A DNA stretch of 64,000 nt, from the NCBI GenBank assembly GCA_963743915.1, contig CAVURN010000005.1, positions 320,001 through 384,000 of the forward strand, in the 5' to 3' direction. The notes beneath the pieces were generated by a model, which did no database searches, had not been told where the DNA came from, and saw only the letters and a program-made list of their open reading frames with translations. Source of the DNA: an uncultured Actinomycetota bacterium (GTDB lineage Bacteria > Actinomycetota > Actinomycetes > JAHEKZ01). Position numbers and translations under genes: made by a program. Shown piece after piece: positions 1 to 10,475 of this stretch; the first letter of the stretch is position 1; each line of letters opens with the position of its first letter.

Positions 1-1031
1 GCTGCGCTCCCTGAGCGTAGGTCTCCCACCGAGTCGCGGAGTCGCACAGCTTGGTGGGTCCGCCCAGCCCACCGGTGGTCACGACGACGAAGAAGGAGCC
101 GTCCGGCGCCAGGTCGACGTCGTGCAGATACGAGTCGAAGAATCGGTTGCAGTCGCGGCTGCCGAACCGGGACGTGCGCCAGCCGTCCACGACGGCATGC
201 CGCCCTGAGGTGTCGAGCACCGCCACCTGCGTCCGCGTGCGCCCTCCGACTGCGGTGAAGTTCCCGATGGCGACCAGGCGGTCGCCCGCAGGGGTCACGT
301 CGATCTTCCGCACGGTGGTGACGCCACCCTGGTTGACCCCGGAGAACGGCAGGTCGACCGCTCGCGTCAGCCATCCAGTCGACGCGTTCAGCGTGGCCAG
401 GCCCCGGCGGGGCACGCCACCGGCCGACGTGAACGACCCCGCGACGTAGAGGCGGCTGCCGACAAGGCGGAGGTCATAGATCCGTCGGTCGAACGCCGGG
501 CTGCGGAAGGAACCGACCTTCGGGCCGTCGGCGAGGTCGAGCTGCTGCAGCCGACCTGGGCCGACCCCGTTGATCGTGCGGAAGTCGCCGCCGACGTACA
601 CCGACCGGCCGTCGCCCGACAGGGCCAGCGCGTCGACCCGCGGCGCCACCCCGGGGGCAGAGGCCAGCACGGGGACGAAGGCGTCGCTGACGGCCCCGGT
701 GGTCACATCGAAGGCGAACAGTCCCGTCCGCGGCAGCACGGGAGCGTCGACGCCGGACTCCTGCACCTTGCTGAACGTGCCCCCGACCACGACCAGGTCC
801 CCGACGCGGACGATCGCCTGGACGCGCCCGTCGAGCACCCGTGGTGTGTGGTCGAGCGGGTCGTCGCTTGCCAGCTGCTCGGCCGCGGCGGAGGCGCTGG
901 CCGGTGCGGTCACCGCGCTCATCGAGCGTCACGAGGGCTGCTGCGACCAGGGCCACTGCCCCGGCTCTGAGCCAGCGGCCACCCCTCGTCCTCGCCACCT
1001 GCGCTCCCCCACCCGTCGTCGGCGCACCCAC
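1..1031 (-). CDS. Secreted beta-propeller repeat protein of the type found N-terminal to PKD domains in actinobacteria; runs off the window; frameshift near 922
   Basis: Signal-peptide-like start (RWLRAGAVALVAAALVTL). After a one-base shift the frame stays open to the window edge: DHTPRVLDGRVQAIVRVGDLVVVGGTFSKV...VYVGGDFRTING...LYVAGSFTSAGG...LVAIGNFTAVGG, i.e. repeated blade motifs. Confidence 0.7.
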
Positions 1032-1269
1032 TCGGCGCGCACTGTTGCCTCGCCATTACAGAGCGTGCCGGGACGGTCGGGCGGCGACTGCGGTCGAAAG
1101 GGAACCATCGGCGGACGACCTACTTCGTACCGTCAACTCGTGGCTACGCAGCGTGATCTGCGGAGAACGCCGCCCGGTGACGCACCCACCCGGGTGACGG
1201 CGCTCCGGGCGACGTCGGGGTCTGCGCTCGCACCACGTACGCTGCCGGGGACTCGCCTGAAGGGACAGC

Positions 1270-2468
1270 ATGGAGACGCACCACCCCGGCCTCACCGACG
1301 GCCTTGCGCCGCTCTGGGAGCCCGGGCCGGTCGGCCCGACCCGCCCCTTCCTGGTGCTGCCCTCCGCCGACGACCCCCGCCTCGTGCTGCCGGCGGGGCG
1401 CGGACGGGCCGCCGCCACAGTCCTGCACGCGTTGCGGGACGAGTCGACGGCCAAGGCGCGCACCCTCTCGTGGGCCCTGCGCGGCGCTGCCCTGCTCCAC
1501 GTGCGCACCACCGAGCTGCCTGACCCGCCGCTCCTGGCGGCCGTCGCCAGACACCTGGCACCGGAGAGCGTCGCCGCCGACCTCGTGTACGGCGTCCACC
1601 TGGGCCCGCGTCGCGCGAACCGGAAGCCGGTCCTGGCCGTGGCCGGACGGGACGGTGCGCTCCTCGCCATCGTCAAGTGGGGCATGAACCCGCTCACCGA
1701 CCGGCTTGTCGCCCACGAGGCGACGGCGCTGCACCAGCTGACCTCCCTGCCCGCGCACTCGGGGGTGCAGGTCCCGAGACTCCTCGGTCAGGGGGATTTC
1801 GCCGGACACCCCTACGTCGTGCAGTCACCCGTGCCCACCAGCGGAGCGGGTCCGTGGTCGCTCGACCGCGCCATCGAAGCCCAGGTGGCAGTGGCGACGT
1901 CGGGCGGACAGGCGGATGCCGAGGACTACCTCACCCGCTTCGCCGCGGCGTGGCGGGACCGACCCACCACCTGCGACCCGGTGGACCGCGACGCCGCCCA
2001 GGCGTTCGGGGCGCTGGCGACGACCTGGCTCGGCCACGTCCGACAGTCCTCGCTCGGGCACGGCAGGTGGCACGGCGACTGGCGTAGGACCAACATGGCC
2101 CTCACCCGGGACGGCTGCTCGGTGTGGGACTGGGAGCGGTTCGACAGCGGCGCTCCCCTCGGGTACGACGCGCTGCACCTCTTCCTCACCGGCCGCGCCG
2201 GTTCGGTGCAGGACCTCACCACGCTGCCCGCGGACGTCTTCGCGAACGCCGCGCGCCTGCTCCGACCGTTCGGCGATCGAGAGCCGCGACGACGCCGAGC
2301 TGGTCACCTGCGGCTACCTGCTCGAGCTGGCCGGCCGGTACCTCGACGACGGTCAGTCGACCTCGGGCGCACGTCTGGGAGACAGTCGCCCACTGGCTGC
2401 TGCCCACCCTCACCAGCGTCCTGAAGGAACCCACCACCGGGCACGAACAAGGAGCGAACGAGCAGTGA
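1270..2468 (+). CDS. Aminoglycoside-phosphotransferase-like (APH/kinase fold) protein; frameshift near 2275
   Basis: RRANRKPVL...AIVKWG...LVAHEATAL, catalytic-loop-like HGDWRRTN and WDWE motifs; AGGGA upstream; the stop overlaps the next GTG. Confidence 0.7.
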
Positions 2469-3320
2469 GCAGTCTGCGGGGCAAGAGCAGAAGAGCGGCG
2501 CGAGCCGCGGCCGACCGGGTCGGCCGGCGGACGTCGTCGCGCCGGGTCCTGCCGACCATGCTCATCGTGGGCGGGCAACGGTGCGGCACGACCACGCTCT
2601 TCAAGGCGCTGCTCGAGCACCCGGGGTTCGTCGGGCCGACGCTCCGCAAGGGCGTGCACTACTTCGACCTCAATGCCGATCGACCCCTGGACTGGTACCG
2701 CAGCCACTTCCCCACCGAGTCCAGCGTCGAACAGGATCGCGCAGCGCCAGGGGCACTCCGTGGTCGTCGGCGAGTCGAGCCCGTACTACATGTGGCACCC
2801 GCTGGCGCCCGAGCGGATCGCCACGGCCCTGCCCGACGTGAAGGTCATCGCCCTGCTGCGTGACCCGGTGGCCCGCGCCTACTCCGCCCATGCCCACGAG
2901 CTCGCGCGCGGCTTCGAGACCGAACCGTTCGAGCGAGCACTCGAACTCGAGGAGGAGCGCCTGGCCGGCGAGGAGGAGCGCCTACGCAGCGGCGCGGTCA
3001 CGCGCAGCCTCGCGCACCAGCATCTCGCCTACGTCCGTCGGGGGCAGTACATCGACCAGCTCGAGCGTCTCGAGGCGGCCCTGGGCCGCGAACGCATCCT
3101 GGTCGTCGACAGCGTCGCCCTCTGGTCCTCGCCGGAGGAGCGCTGGCCCGAGGTCACCCGGTTTCTCGGCCTCCCGGACCACCCGGTGTCGATCGAGCGT
3201 CACAACGCCCGTTCGCGCTCTCCCCTGGACGACGCCCTCCGAGAACGTCTCGAGGCGCACTACGTGCCCTACGACGAGCGGCTGGCCGCCTGGTGGGGAC
3301 GCACCCCGAGCTGGCGGTGA
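2465..3320 (+). CDS. Sulfotransferase (Sulfotransfer_1, heparan-sulfate sulfotransferase-like); frameshift near 2730
   Basis: 5'-PSB loop IVGGQRCGTTTL, KGVHYFD, GESSPYY, 3'-PB motif LLRDPVARAYS. Confidence 0.85.
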
Positions 3321-3518
3321 CGGCTGCAGCGGACCGAGGAGACAGCGCGGTCTCTGACCGCTGCTGACGACCCACGACTACCGCACGTGCAGGACACCGG
3401 ACGTCCGGCAGGCGTCACCCGTTTGGCGGCACTTGTGCCAACACCGATCGGACCCCGCTACCTCCGGTGAGAATTGACCCACCGACCACCTCCCCTTCAC
3501 CGCGACCGAGGAGCATCC

Positions 3519-3992
3519 GTGCAGGCACTGTCCGACCTCGAAGGTCGCGTGCTGCTGGTCGGCTCCAGCGGTGGTCACCTCGCCCAGCTCCTCGCGCTGG
3601 CGCCGCTCTGGCCGCGGGAACGACGGCACTGGGTCACCTTCGACACCGCGGACGCAGTGTCCCAGCTGGTCGCCGAGAGCGTGACGTGGGCGTACCACCC
3701 CACCACCCGGAACGTGAGGAACCTGGCACGCAACACCGCGCTCGCGCGCCAGGTCCTCGACGCCGAACGACCCGACGTGATCGTCTCGACCGGAGCGGCC
3801 GTCGCGTATCCCTTCTTCCTGCTGGGCCGCGCCCGGGGGATCCCCACGGTGTACGTCGAGGTCTACGACCGGATCGACAGCCGCACCGTGACCGGGAGGC
3901 TCTGCCGTCCGCTGTCGACGCTCTTCTGCGTCCAGTGGGAGGAGCAGCAGCAGCTCTACCCGGGCTCGATCGTCGTGGGGCCGCTGCTGTGA
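3519..3992 (+). CDS. Alg14/PssD/Cps14F-like glycosyltransferase subunit
   Basis: VGSSGGHLAQL, DVIVSTGAAVA, VYVEVYDRI...TG, VQWEE motifs; GAGGAG RBS. Confidence 0.85.
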   Translation: MQALSDLEGRVLLVGSSGGHLAQLLALAPLWPRERRHWVTFDTADAVSQLVAESVTWAYHPTTRNVRNLARNTALARQVLDAERPDVIVSTGAAVAYPFFLLGRARGIPTVYVEVYDRIDSRTVTGRLCRPLSTLFCVQWEEQQQLYPGSIVVGPLL

Positions 3993-4470
3993 GCCGCATC
4001 CTCGTCACGGTGGGCACCGACTTCCACCCCTTCCAGCGCCTCGTCGACTGGGCCGACCAGTTCGCCGAGCAGCACCCCGAGCACGAGGTCTTCACGCAGT
4101 ACGGCTCAGCCCGTCCGCCTCGGCACGGCGAGCACTCCCGGCTGCTCGACCACGCCCAGCTGCAGCGCGAGATCGCCCGGGCCGACGTGGTGGTCTGTCA
4201 CGGAGGCCCGGCAACCATCACCGAGGTGCGGCGTGCCGGTCTCCGACCGGTCTGCGTCCCGCGCGACCCGGACCGCGGGGAGCACGTCGACGGACACCAG
4301 ATGCGTTTCGTGCGGCGCATCGAGCGAGGCCGGGATGGTCGCCGCATGCCTCGACGTCGACGACCTCGACGAGGCGGTCGCCGCCGAGCTGGCCCGGCCA
4401 CGCCGCGACCCGGGTCAGGCCGAGGACGTGGCGCCGGGCGTCCGGCGCATCCATGACCTCATCGCCGAGC
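3989..4470 (+). CDS. Alg13/PssE/Cps14G-like glycosyltransferase (GT28 C-terminal domain); frameshift near 4322; end uncertain, possibly fused to the next gene
   Basis: ILVTVGTDFHPFQRL, ADVVVCHGGPATI, VPRDPDRGEHVDGHQ; GTGA overlap with the upstream gene. Confidence 0.8.
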
Positions 4471-5438
4471 CTCACCGCGCAACCTTCGACCGACGGCGAC
4501 GACGACGACGCGCATCCGGGTCATCTACATCGGCGGCCAGGGACGGAGCGGCAGCACGCTTCTCGAGCGCGCGCTGGGTGAGCTGCCCGGCGTCCTCAGC
4601 GTCGGCGAGATGGTGCACCTGTGGGACCGCGGGCTGCGCGACGACCAGCTCTGCGGATGCGGGGAGCCCTTCCACACGTGCTCGTTCTGGCGGTCGGTGG
4701 GCGACGTGGCCTTCGGCGGCTGGGACGCCCTCGACGTCGATGAAGCGGTGTCGCTGCGCTACGCGGTCGACCGCAACCGCTACCTGCCCCTGCTCGCGCG
4801 TCCCGGCCTCTCCCGCCGCTACCGGGAGCGCCACGCCCGCTACGTCGCCAGGCTGGCTCAGCTGTACCGCGCCATCGCCGAGGTCTCCGGCTCACGCGTC
4901 ATCATCGACTCCAGCAAGCACGCCTCCTACGCGATGACGCTGTCCCAGGTGCCCGGCCTCGACCTGCGGCTGCTGCACGTGGTGCGTGACAGCCGTGCGG
5001 TGGCCCACGCGTGGAGCAAGGAGGTCGCCAGGCCGGAGGCGCTCGGGGTTCCGATGCCGATGTACGGACCGACCAAGACCGCCGTGCTGTGGGACGTGCA
5101 GAACACCTTGATCGAGCGACTCAAGCGTCGCCACCCTTACCTGCGGATCCGCTACGAGGACTTCGTCGAGGCGCCCAAGGACGTCCTGCTGGCAGCCGGA
5201 CGGTTCGCCGGGCTCGGGGACGAGGCCTCCACGCTCGACGTTCCTCGACGCGGACACCCTGCGGCTGACGCCCTCGCACACGGTCGCGGGGAACCCCATG
5301 CGCTTCCTCTCCGGAGAGGTGAGGATCAGGGCGGACCGGTCGTGGCGTTCTGACATGCCGACCGGCCGGCAGCGTCTGGTCAATGCACTGACGCTGCCCC
5401 TGCAGCGTCACTACGGCTACCGATCGGCAGACTCGTGA
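4453..5438 (+). CDS. Sulfotransferase (Sulfotransfer_3-like, with a Cys cluster); frameshifts near 4510 and 5245
   Basis: VIYIGGQGRSGSTLL, LCGCGEPFHTCSFW, IIDSSK, HVVRDSRAVAHAW, RIRYEDF, HTVAGNPMRF. Confidence 0.85.
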
Positions 5439-6370
5439 CCATGAGCCCCTTCCCCCGCGTCGACGTGGTGGTCCCGACCCGCGACCGCCCGGAGATGCTG
5501 CGGACCGCCATCACCGCGATCCTGGCGTCGGAGTACAAGGGCGACATCCGGGTCCTGGTCGTCTACGACCAGTCGTCCCCGGACTCGTCACTGGCGACGG
5601 AGCAGTCACTGGGCATCGGCGACCACCGAAGCGTCAGCGTGCTGTCGAACAACCGCACACCCGGGCTGGCCGGCGCCCGCAACACCGGGCTGCTGGCAGC
5701 GGACGCCGAGCTCGTCGGCTTCTGCGACGACGACGACACGTGGCTCCCGCACAAGCTGGCGGCGCAGGTGGACGCCCTCGCGGCGGAGCCGGACGCGGAG
5801 TTCGTCTGCTGCGGCATCGAGGTGCTCTACGACGGGGAGTCGCACCCTCGGGTGCTGGACCTGCGCCACGTCACCCTCACCGACCTGGTGCGTGACCGAC
5901 TCACCGAGCTCCACCCCTCCACCTTCCTCATGCGACGCGCGGCGGTCGTCGAGGGCTTCGGACTGGTCGAGGAGGAGATCCCCGGCAGTTTCGGTGAGGA
6001 CTACGAGCTGCTGCTCCGGGCAGCACGTCGGCACCCGATCCTCAACGTCCCCGAGGTCGGTGTCCAGGTCCTGTGGTCCAGCCGTTCCTACTTCACCGCG
6101 CGGTGGCAGACGATGCGCTCCGGTCTCACCTGGCTGCTCGAGCGCTACCCCGAGTTCGAGGACGTCCCCGCGGGCGAGGCCCGGATCGCCGGTCAGATCG
6201 CGTTCGCGGCAGCAGCGGACAAGGACCGGAAGCAGGGTGCTCGGTGGGCGTGGCGGGCCCTCCGCCGGCGCCCGGTGGAGCCGCGCGCGTACCTGGCGCT
6301 CGCCGTCGCCGGTGGGTTGTCTCCGCAGTGGGTTCTCCGACGCCTGCACTCCGTCGGCCGCGGGATCTAG
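5435..6370 (+). CDS. Glycosyltransferase family 2
   Basis: VVVPTRDRP, GLAGARNTG, FCDDDDTW (DxD), GEDYELLLR. Confidence 0.9.
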   Translation: MTMSPFPRVDVVVPTRDRPEMLRTAITAILASEYKGDIRVLVVYDQSSPDSSLATEQSLGIGDHRSVSVLSNNRTPGLAGARNTGLLAADAELVGFCDDDDTWLPHKLAAQVDALAAEPDAEFVCCGIEVLYDGESHPRVLDLRHVTLTDLVRDRLTELHPSTFLMRRAAVVEGFGLVEEEIPGSFGEDYELLLRAARRHPILNVPEVGVQVLWSSRSYFTARWQTMRSGLTWLLERYPEFEDVPAGEARIAGQIAFAAAADKDRKQGARWAWRALRRRPVEPRAYLALAVAGGLSPQWVLRRLHSVGRGI

Positions 6371-7284
6371 CGGTCGATGATGGTGCGCCACGCCTGCCGG
6401 GACGGCGCGTCCCGCAACCGGTAGTCGATGTTCGGCACCTGCGCATCCCAGTACGTGACGAACGCGGCGTTCCGCCGGTCGGTGTACCGGGCACACGCAT
6501 GCAGCCAGCGCGCACGTCGGGTGCCGTCGTCCCCCGGGAGCAGCCGGCTGGCCAGCTCGGCCACCCCGAACCTGTTCCCCAGTCGACGCGTCGTGCGGTA
6601 GGCGGGGCCCATGAGCTTCCGCGGCGCCATGTACTGAGGGGCCCCGCGTGGGCTGTAGCAGTCCCACCCCATCACGTCGATGAAGTCGCCGGGGTAGTAG
6701 GTGCGGACGGAGCGGTTCGAGGAGCGGGCCGTCCAGCACATCAGGATCAGGGTGGGGTGCAGCTGCGGGTTGTCCACGCGGCGGGCGATCGCGTTGATGT
6801 GCCGCCACGCCGCGCGGTACTGGGCTGCCGAGATCAGACCACGCTCGTGGTCGTCCTCCGGCTCGTGGAAGTACGACCAGAAGGTGGGGCGCTGCTTGGG
6901 CGCGTTCCGGAAGAAGGTCCGGAGCTCGTCGTCGACCGCGCCGCTGAGCACCCGGCCGGGCATCTCACGGAACGAGAGCACCACCGGGCGCCGAAACCCC
7001 TCGAGCAGTCGGTTGAAGGTGTCGCGGACGAAGGGCTCGTACACCCGGACGATGTCCATGCCCCCGTAACGATCGTCGGACTGCCGCACGGCGGTGCGCC
7101 AGTCGATCCCGTCGGACGGGACGCTGGCGCCGAACCGGGTCGACGATCCTCGGCGCTCCAAGCGTGTCCCGTCGGTCGAGGCCTCCGACTCCGTCGACGT
7201 GCTGACGATGAGCGGGACGAGGGCGGCGACGAAGGCCACCGCCAACAGGATCACGGGCAACGTTCGGCGTGCGTGGGAAGTCAC
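6367..7284 (-). CDS. Secreted GH26-like glycoside hydrolase
   Basis: Signal peptide; YFHEPEDD (acid/base), YRAAWRHI, YYPGDFIDVMGWDCY, FGVAELA (nucleophile). Paralog of 8778-10310. Confidence 0.65.
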   Translation of the reverse strand: MTSHARRTLPVILLAVAFVAALVPLIVSTSTESEASTDGTRLERRGSSTRFGASVPSDGIDWRTAVRQSDDRYGGMDIVRVYEPFVRDTFNRLLEGFRRPVVLSFREMPGRVLSGAVDDELRTFFRNAPKQRPTFWSYFHEPEDDHERGLISAAQYRAAWRHINAIARRVDNPQLHPTLILMCWTARSSNRSVRTYYPGDFIDVMGWDCYSPRGAPQYMAPRKLMGPAYRTTRRLGNRFGVAELASRLLPGDDGTRRARWLHACARYTDRRNAAFVTYWDAQVPNIDYRLRDAPSRQAWRTIIDR

Positions 7285-7328
7285 AGGCGAATCCCTTCGT
7301 CGGGGTCACTCTGGGGAAGTGGTCGGTC

Positions 7329-7880
7329 CTAGTCGTTGAACTGGGACTGCGCACGGTCCAGGCCGACGGTCATCAGCGCAGCCACCGCGTCGGCGCACCT
7401 CGTCACGATCTCGGGCACCTCGGGCCGCTCGGCGGCTGCGAAGTCCCGCAGCACGAACGACGCCGGATCCATCCTGCCAGGCGGACGGCCGATTCCCACC
7501 CGAGCCCGGTAGAAGTCGCCGGTGCCCAGCGACCGCCGGAGGGACTTCAGCCCGTTATGCCCGTTATCACCCCCGCCGAGCTTGAGCCGCAGCGAACCGA
7601 AGGGCAGGTCGAGCTCGTCGTGCACCGCGACCACCCGCTCGGGAGTGACCTTGTAGAAGGCGCAGAGCGGAGCCACCGCCTGACCGGAGTCGTTCATGTA
7701 CGTGGTGGGCTTGACGAGCACCACGCGGTGACCGTCGACGCGCCCCTCCCACGTGTGTGCGCGGGCGCGTCGATGGCTGCGGAACGCAGCACCACCGGCG
7801 AGCTCGTCGACCACGAGGTACCCGACGTTGTGACGGTTGCCCGCGTACTCCGGTCCGGGGTTGCCGAGCCCGACGACCAC
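7329..7880 (-). CDS. pth: Peptidyl-tRNA hydrolase (true start may be a few codons upstream)
   Basis: [45 protein letters not shown]; adjacent to rplY. Confidence 0.95.
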   Translation of the reverse strand: MVVGLGNPGPEYAGNRHNVGYLVVDELAGGAAFRSHRRARAHTWEGRVDGHRVVLVKPTTYMNDSGQAVAPLCAFYKVTPERVVAVHDELDLPFGSLRLKLGGGDNGHNGLKSLRRSLGTGDFYRARVGIGRPPGRMDPASFVLRDFAAAERPEVPEIVTRCADAVAALMTVGLDRAQSQFND

Positions 7881-7927
7881 CCAGGGACGGTCGTCGTCGG
7901 TGACCTCCGGTGGACGGTTGCGCCGGA

Positions 7928-8569
7928 TCAGGCCGGCGGCTCCACCGTCTCGGCCACCACGGTGGCCGCCGCGGCACCTGCGGCCGCCTCGGCCTCGGCA
8001 GCCTCGGCCGCCTCGTCCGCAGCAGCCTCGGCCGACTGGGCACCGAGGATGTGCACGACCACCAGGTCGGGGTCGGCCACGAGCACCGCTCCGGACGGCA
8101 GCGGCACGTCGGAGGCCCGGAGGCTCTCTCCGACTGTCAGACCTTCGACGTCGATCACCAGCTCGGACGGGATCTTGGTGGCTTCGGTCTCGATGCCGAT
8201 GGTGTCGTTCACGTGCTCGAGCAGACCACCAGGGGCGATCTTGCCCTCGGTGCGGACCAGCACCTCGACGGTGACCTTCTCGCCGGTGCGGACGGCCACG
8301 AGGTCGACGTGCTCGATCGTGTGACGGACAGGGTCTCGCTGCACGGACTTCGGCAGCACCAGCTGGGCGCCGTCGTCGAGCTGCAGCGAGAGCAGGGTGT
8401 TGGACTTCTTCAGGGCCAGCATCAGCTCGTGTGCCGGCAGGGCCAGGTGCTGGGTGTCGGCGCCGTGCCCGTACACGACGACGGGGATCTTCTTGTCACG
8501 ACGCAGACGGCGCGCGGCACCCTTGCCGAACTCCGTGCGGCGCTCAGCGGCGATGGCGATCTCGGACAC
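7928..8569 (-). CDS. rplY: 50S ribosomal protein L25/Ctc
   Basis: [31 protein letters not shown]...HVDL; pth-rplY-prs synteny. Confidence 0.95.
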   Translation of the reverse strand: MSEIAIAAERRTEFGKGAARRLRRDKKIPVVVYGHGADTQHLALPAHELMLALKKSNTLLSLQLDDGAQLVLPKSVQRDPVRHTIEHVDLVAVRTGEKVTVEVLVRTEGKIAPGGLLEHVNDTIGIETEATKIPSELVIDVEGLTVGESLRASDVPLPSGAVLVADPDLVVVHILGAQSAEAAADEAAEAAEAEAAAGAAAATVVAETVEPPA

Positions 8570-8713
8570 GGGCCTTCAGCTCCTGACGACGGTCGGTCGG
8601 TGGGCGTTCCGGCGCAGGTCAGCCCGCGCATCCGCGCCAGCACCGCGTCGATCACGGGCGCCGACCTTCATCTCACAAGGTCGGCACACCCTCGCCGGGA
8701 CCCGCAGAGTCTA
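8570..8713 (-). promoter_or_regulatory. rplY promoter and structured 5' leader (candidate L25 autoregulatory RNA)
   Basis: -10 box TAGACT at 8713-8708; perfect stem GCCGACCTT/AAGGTCGGC (8660-8685) flanked by GGCGAGGG and CCCGTGATCG. Confidence 0.5.
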
Positions 8714-8777
8714 GCCGCGCCTGCGACAGCAGCCCAAATCTGGCCTTCGGGTGACGACCATCACCCGGCGTCCTGGA

Positions 8778-10310
8778 TCACCGGGCCAGGTGGCTGCCGT
8801 ACGTGGTCGTGACCTCGCGCCAGGCCTGCTTGGACGGCTCGTCGAGCAGGCGGTAGTCGCCCCCGGTGGCCACGGCGTCCCAGTAGCACACGAAGGCGGC
8901 GTCGCGTTCGAGCAGCCAGGATCCGATCGATCGCAGCCAGTCACCACGCTTGCTGCCCGTCGCGTCATCCACGCCGAGTCTGGCTCCTGTCTCGGCGACC
9001 CCGAAGGGGAGCCCGAGCTCGCGGGTCGCGGCGAGCGCCTTCCCGTACATGTCCTCAGGGTTGGCATAGGGCGACGTGGAGTGCGCGTAGCAGTCCCAGC
9101 CCATCGCCTCCACCACGTCAGCACCCGGGAAGAAGCTGCTGACGCTGCGGCCCGACTTCGGACTGGCCGTCCAGCACATCAGGATGACGGTGTTGTGCAG
9201 CTGCGGGTTGCCGGCCGCATCGGCGAGCCCCGCGATCCGTCGATAGGCGTCGCGCCACTGCTGCGCCGTGAAGTCCCCGCTCTCGACGTTGTCCTCGGGC
9301 TCGTGCCAGTACGACCACCAGATGTCACGGTCCCTGGGGGCGGTACGGAACCACTCGGCCAGGTAGGCGTCGTGCCGCCCGGCGAGCACATCGGACGGGT
9401 TGGCCTTGAACGAGACGACGACGGGACCGCCCACCTCACCGGCACGGCCGGGCCACCGGCTCGGCAGGCCCGGGTAGAAGACGCGCACGACCTCCATGCC
9501 GCCGTAGGCCGCGTTGGAGTCGGCCAGCGCCTGGGACCACGAGCGTCCCTCCTGGTCGACGCTGGCCCCGAACAAGGTGCTGCCGTCCGCCGGCCCCTCG
9601 GTCGGGCTGTTCGTCGGGCTCGGCTGCGGCTCAGGGGCGCTGGTCGTGGGGGCGGGCTGGCTGGGGGTGGGGGACTCGGAGGGGGTCGGCGACGGCGACG
9701 AACTCGTCCCCTTGACCGGGTGCACCCGCACGCGGTCCACCTTCAGACCACTCAGCGAACGGAAGGCGGTCAAGGAGACCTGGAGAGTGCTCCGGGCTTC
9801 GCTCGGCTCAGCGAGGAAGGCGACCTGCCGCCAGTTGTCGCTTCCCGCGGTGAAGCGTTCGCCGGTCACCGAGGCGACCCGGTCGCCCTTCCACTCGTAG
9901 AGGCGGAAGGCACCTTGCACCGGGGCTCCGGTGGCGCGGACCCACGCGGACACCTGGTACTGCACCCCGGGGGCGGAGGTCGGGGCCGTCGCGCGCAGGT
10001 CGCGCAAGGTGGCCGAGGCCGCGCGCAGGTGGAGGACCGCCGCCCGTCGACTGCCCCAGACGCCACCGTCGGTGATGCCCAGCACGTCCCCGCTGCCGCT
10101 CGTGACGTCCCAGTCGGTGAAGCCGTGCTTGAACCCGCCGTTGTGCACGAGGTTGGGCCCGAGCACCCGGCGTCCCAGGGAGTCGGGGTCGCCGACCGGC
10201 GCCGCCGAGGAGGGGATCACCACCGCCGCCACACCCAGACCTGCGGTCAGCGCGAGGGCGGTCGTGACGGCGGCGACGCGGGACGGGGTGCTCGGACTGC
10301 GGTTGCTCAT
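8778..10310 (-). CDS. Secreted protein: CBM4/9-like domain, Pro/Ser/Thr linker and GH26-like catalytic domain
   Basis: Signal peptide; NLVHNGGFKHGFTDW...YQVSAWVRA; PSPTPSESPTPS linker; YWHEPED, MGWDCY, FGVAETG. Confidence 0.7.
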   Translation of the reverse strand: MSNRSPSTPSRVAAVTTALALTAGLGVAAVVIPSSAAPVGDPDSLGRRVLGPNLVHNGGFKHGFTDWDVTSGSGDVLGITDGGVWGSRRAAVLHLRAASATLRDLRATAPTSAPGVQYQVSAWVRATGAPVQGAFRLYEWKGDRVASVTGERFTAGSDNWRQVAFLAEPSEARSTLQVSLTAFRSLSGLKVDRVRVHPVKGTSSSPSPTPSESPTPSQPAPTTSAPEPQPSPTNSPTEGPADGSTLFGASVDQEGRSWSQALADSNAAYGGMEVVRVFYPGLPSRWPGRAGEVGGPVVVSFKANPSDVLAGRHDAYLAEWFRTAPRDRDIWWSYWHEPEDNVESGDFTAQQWRDAYRRIAGLADAAGNPQLHNTVILMCWTASPKSGRSVSSFFPGADVVEAMGWDCYAHSTSPYANPEDMYGKALAATRELGLPFGVAETGARLGVDDATGSKRGDWLRSIGSWLLERDAAFVCYWDAVATGGDYRLLDEPSKQAWREVTTTYGSHLAR

Positions 10311-10475
10311 GCAGGGCTCCTCGGGCCGGGGATAGACGGCTCATCGGAGGAGCGACGGGGGGTGCTTGACGCCCTGACCACGGAGTTGGGCCATGTGGGT
10401 GGACGAATTCGGACTAAGCCGGCCGGGGGTTAGCCCGTGTGGGCGACACCTCCGTGAACGGCGGCGTCGCGCGGG

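Noticed and set aside
1270-2468. Aminoglycoside resistance gene
   Set aside because: Only the generic kinase motifs match; coupling to a sulfotransferase suggests a biosynthetic role.
4490-4510. (CGA/GAC)n microsatellite as a phase-variation tract
   Set aside because: It is a short triplet run encoding poly-Asp; changes in unit number would not shift the frame.
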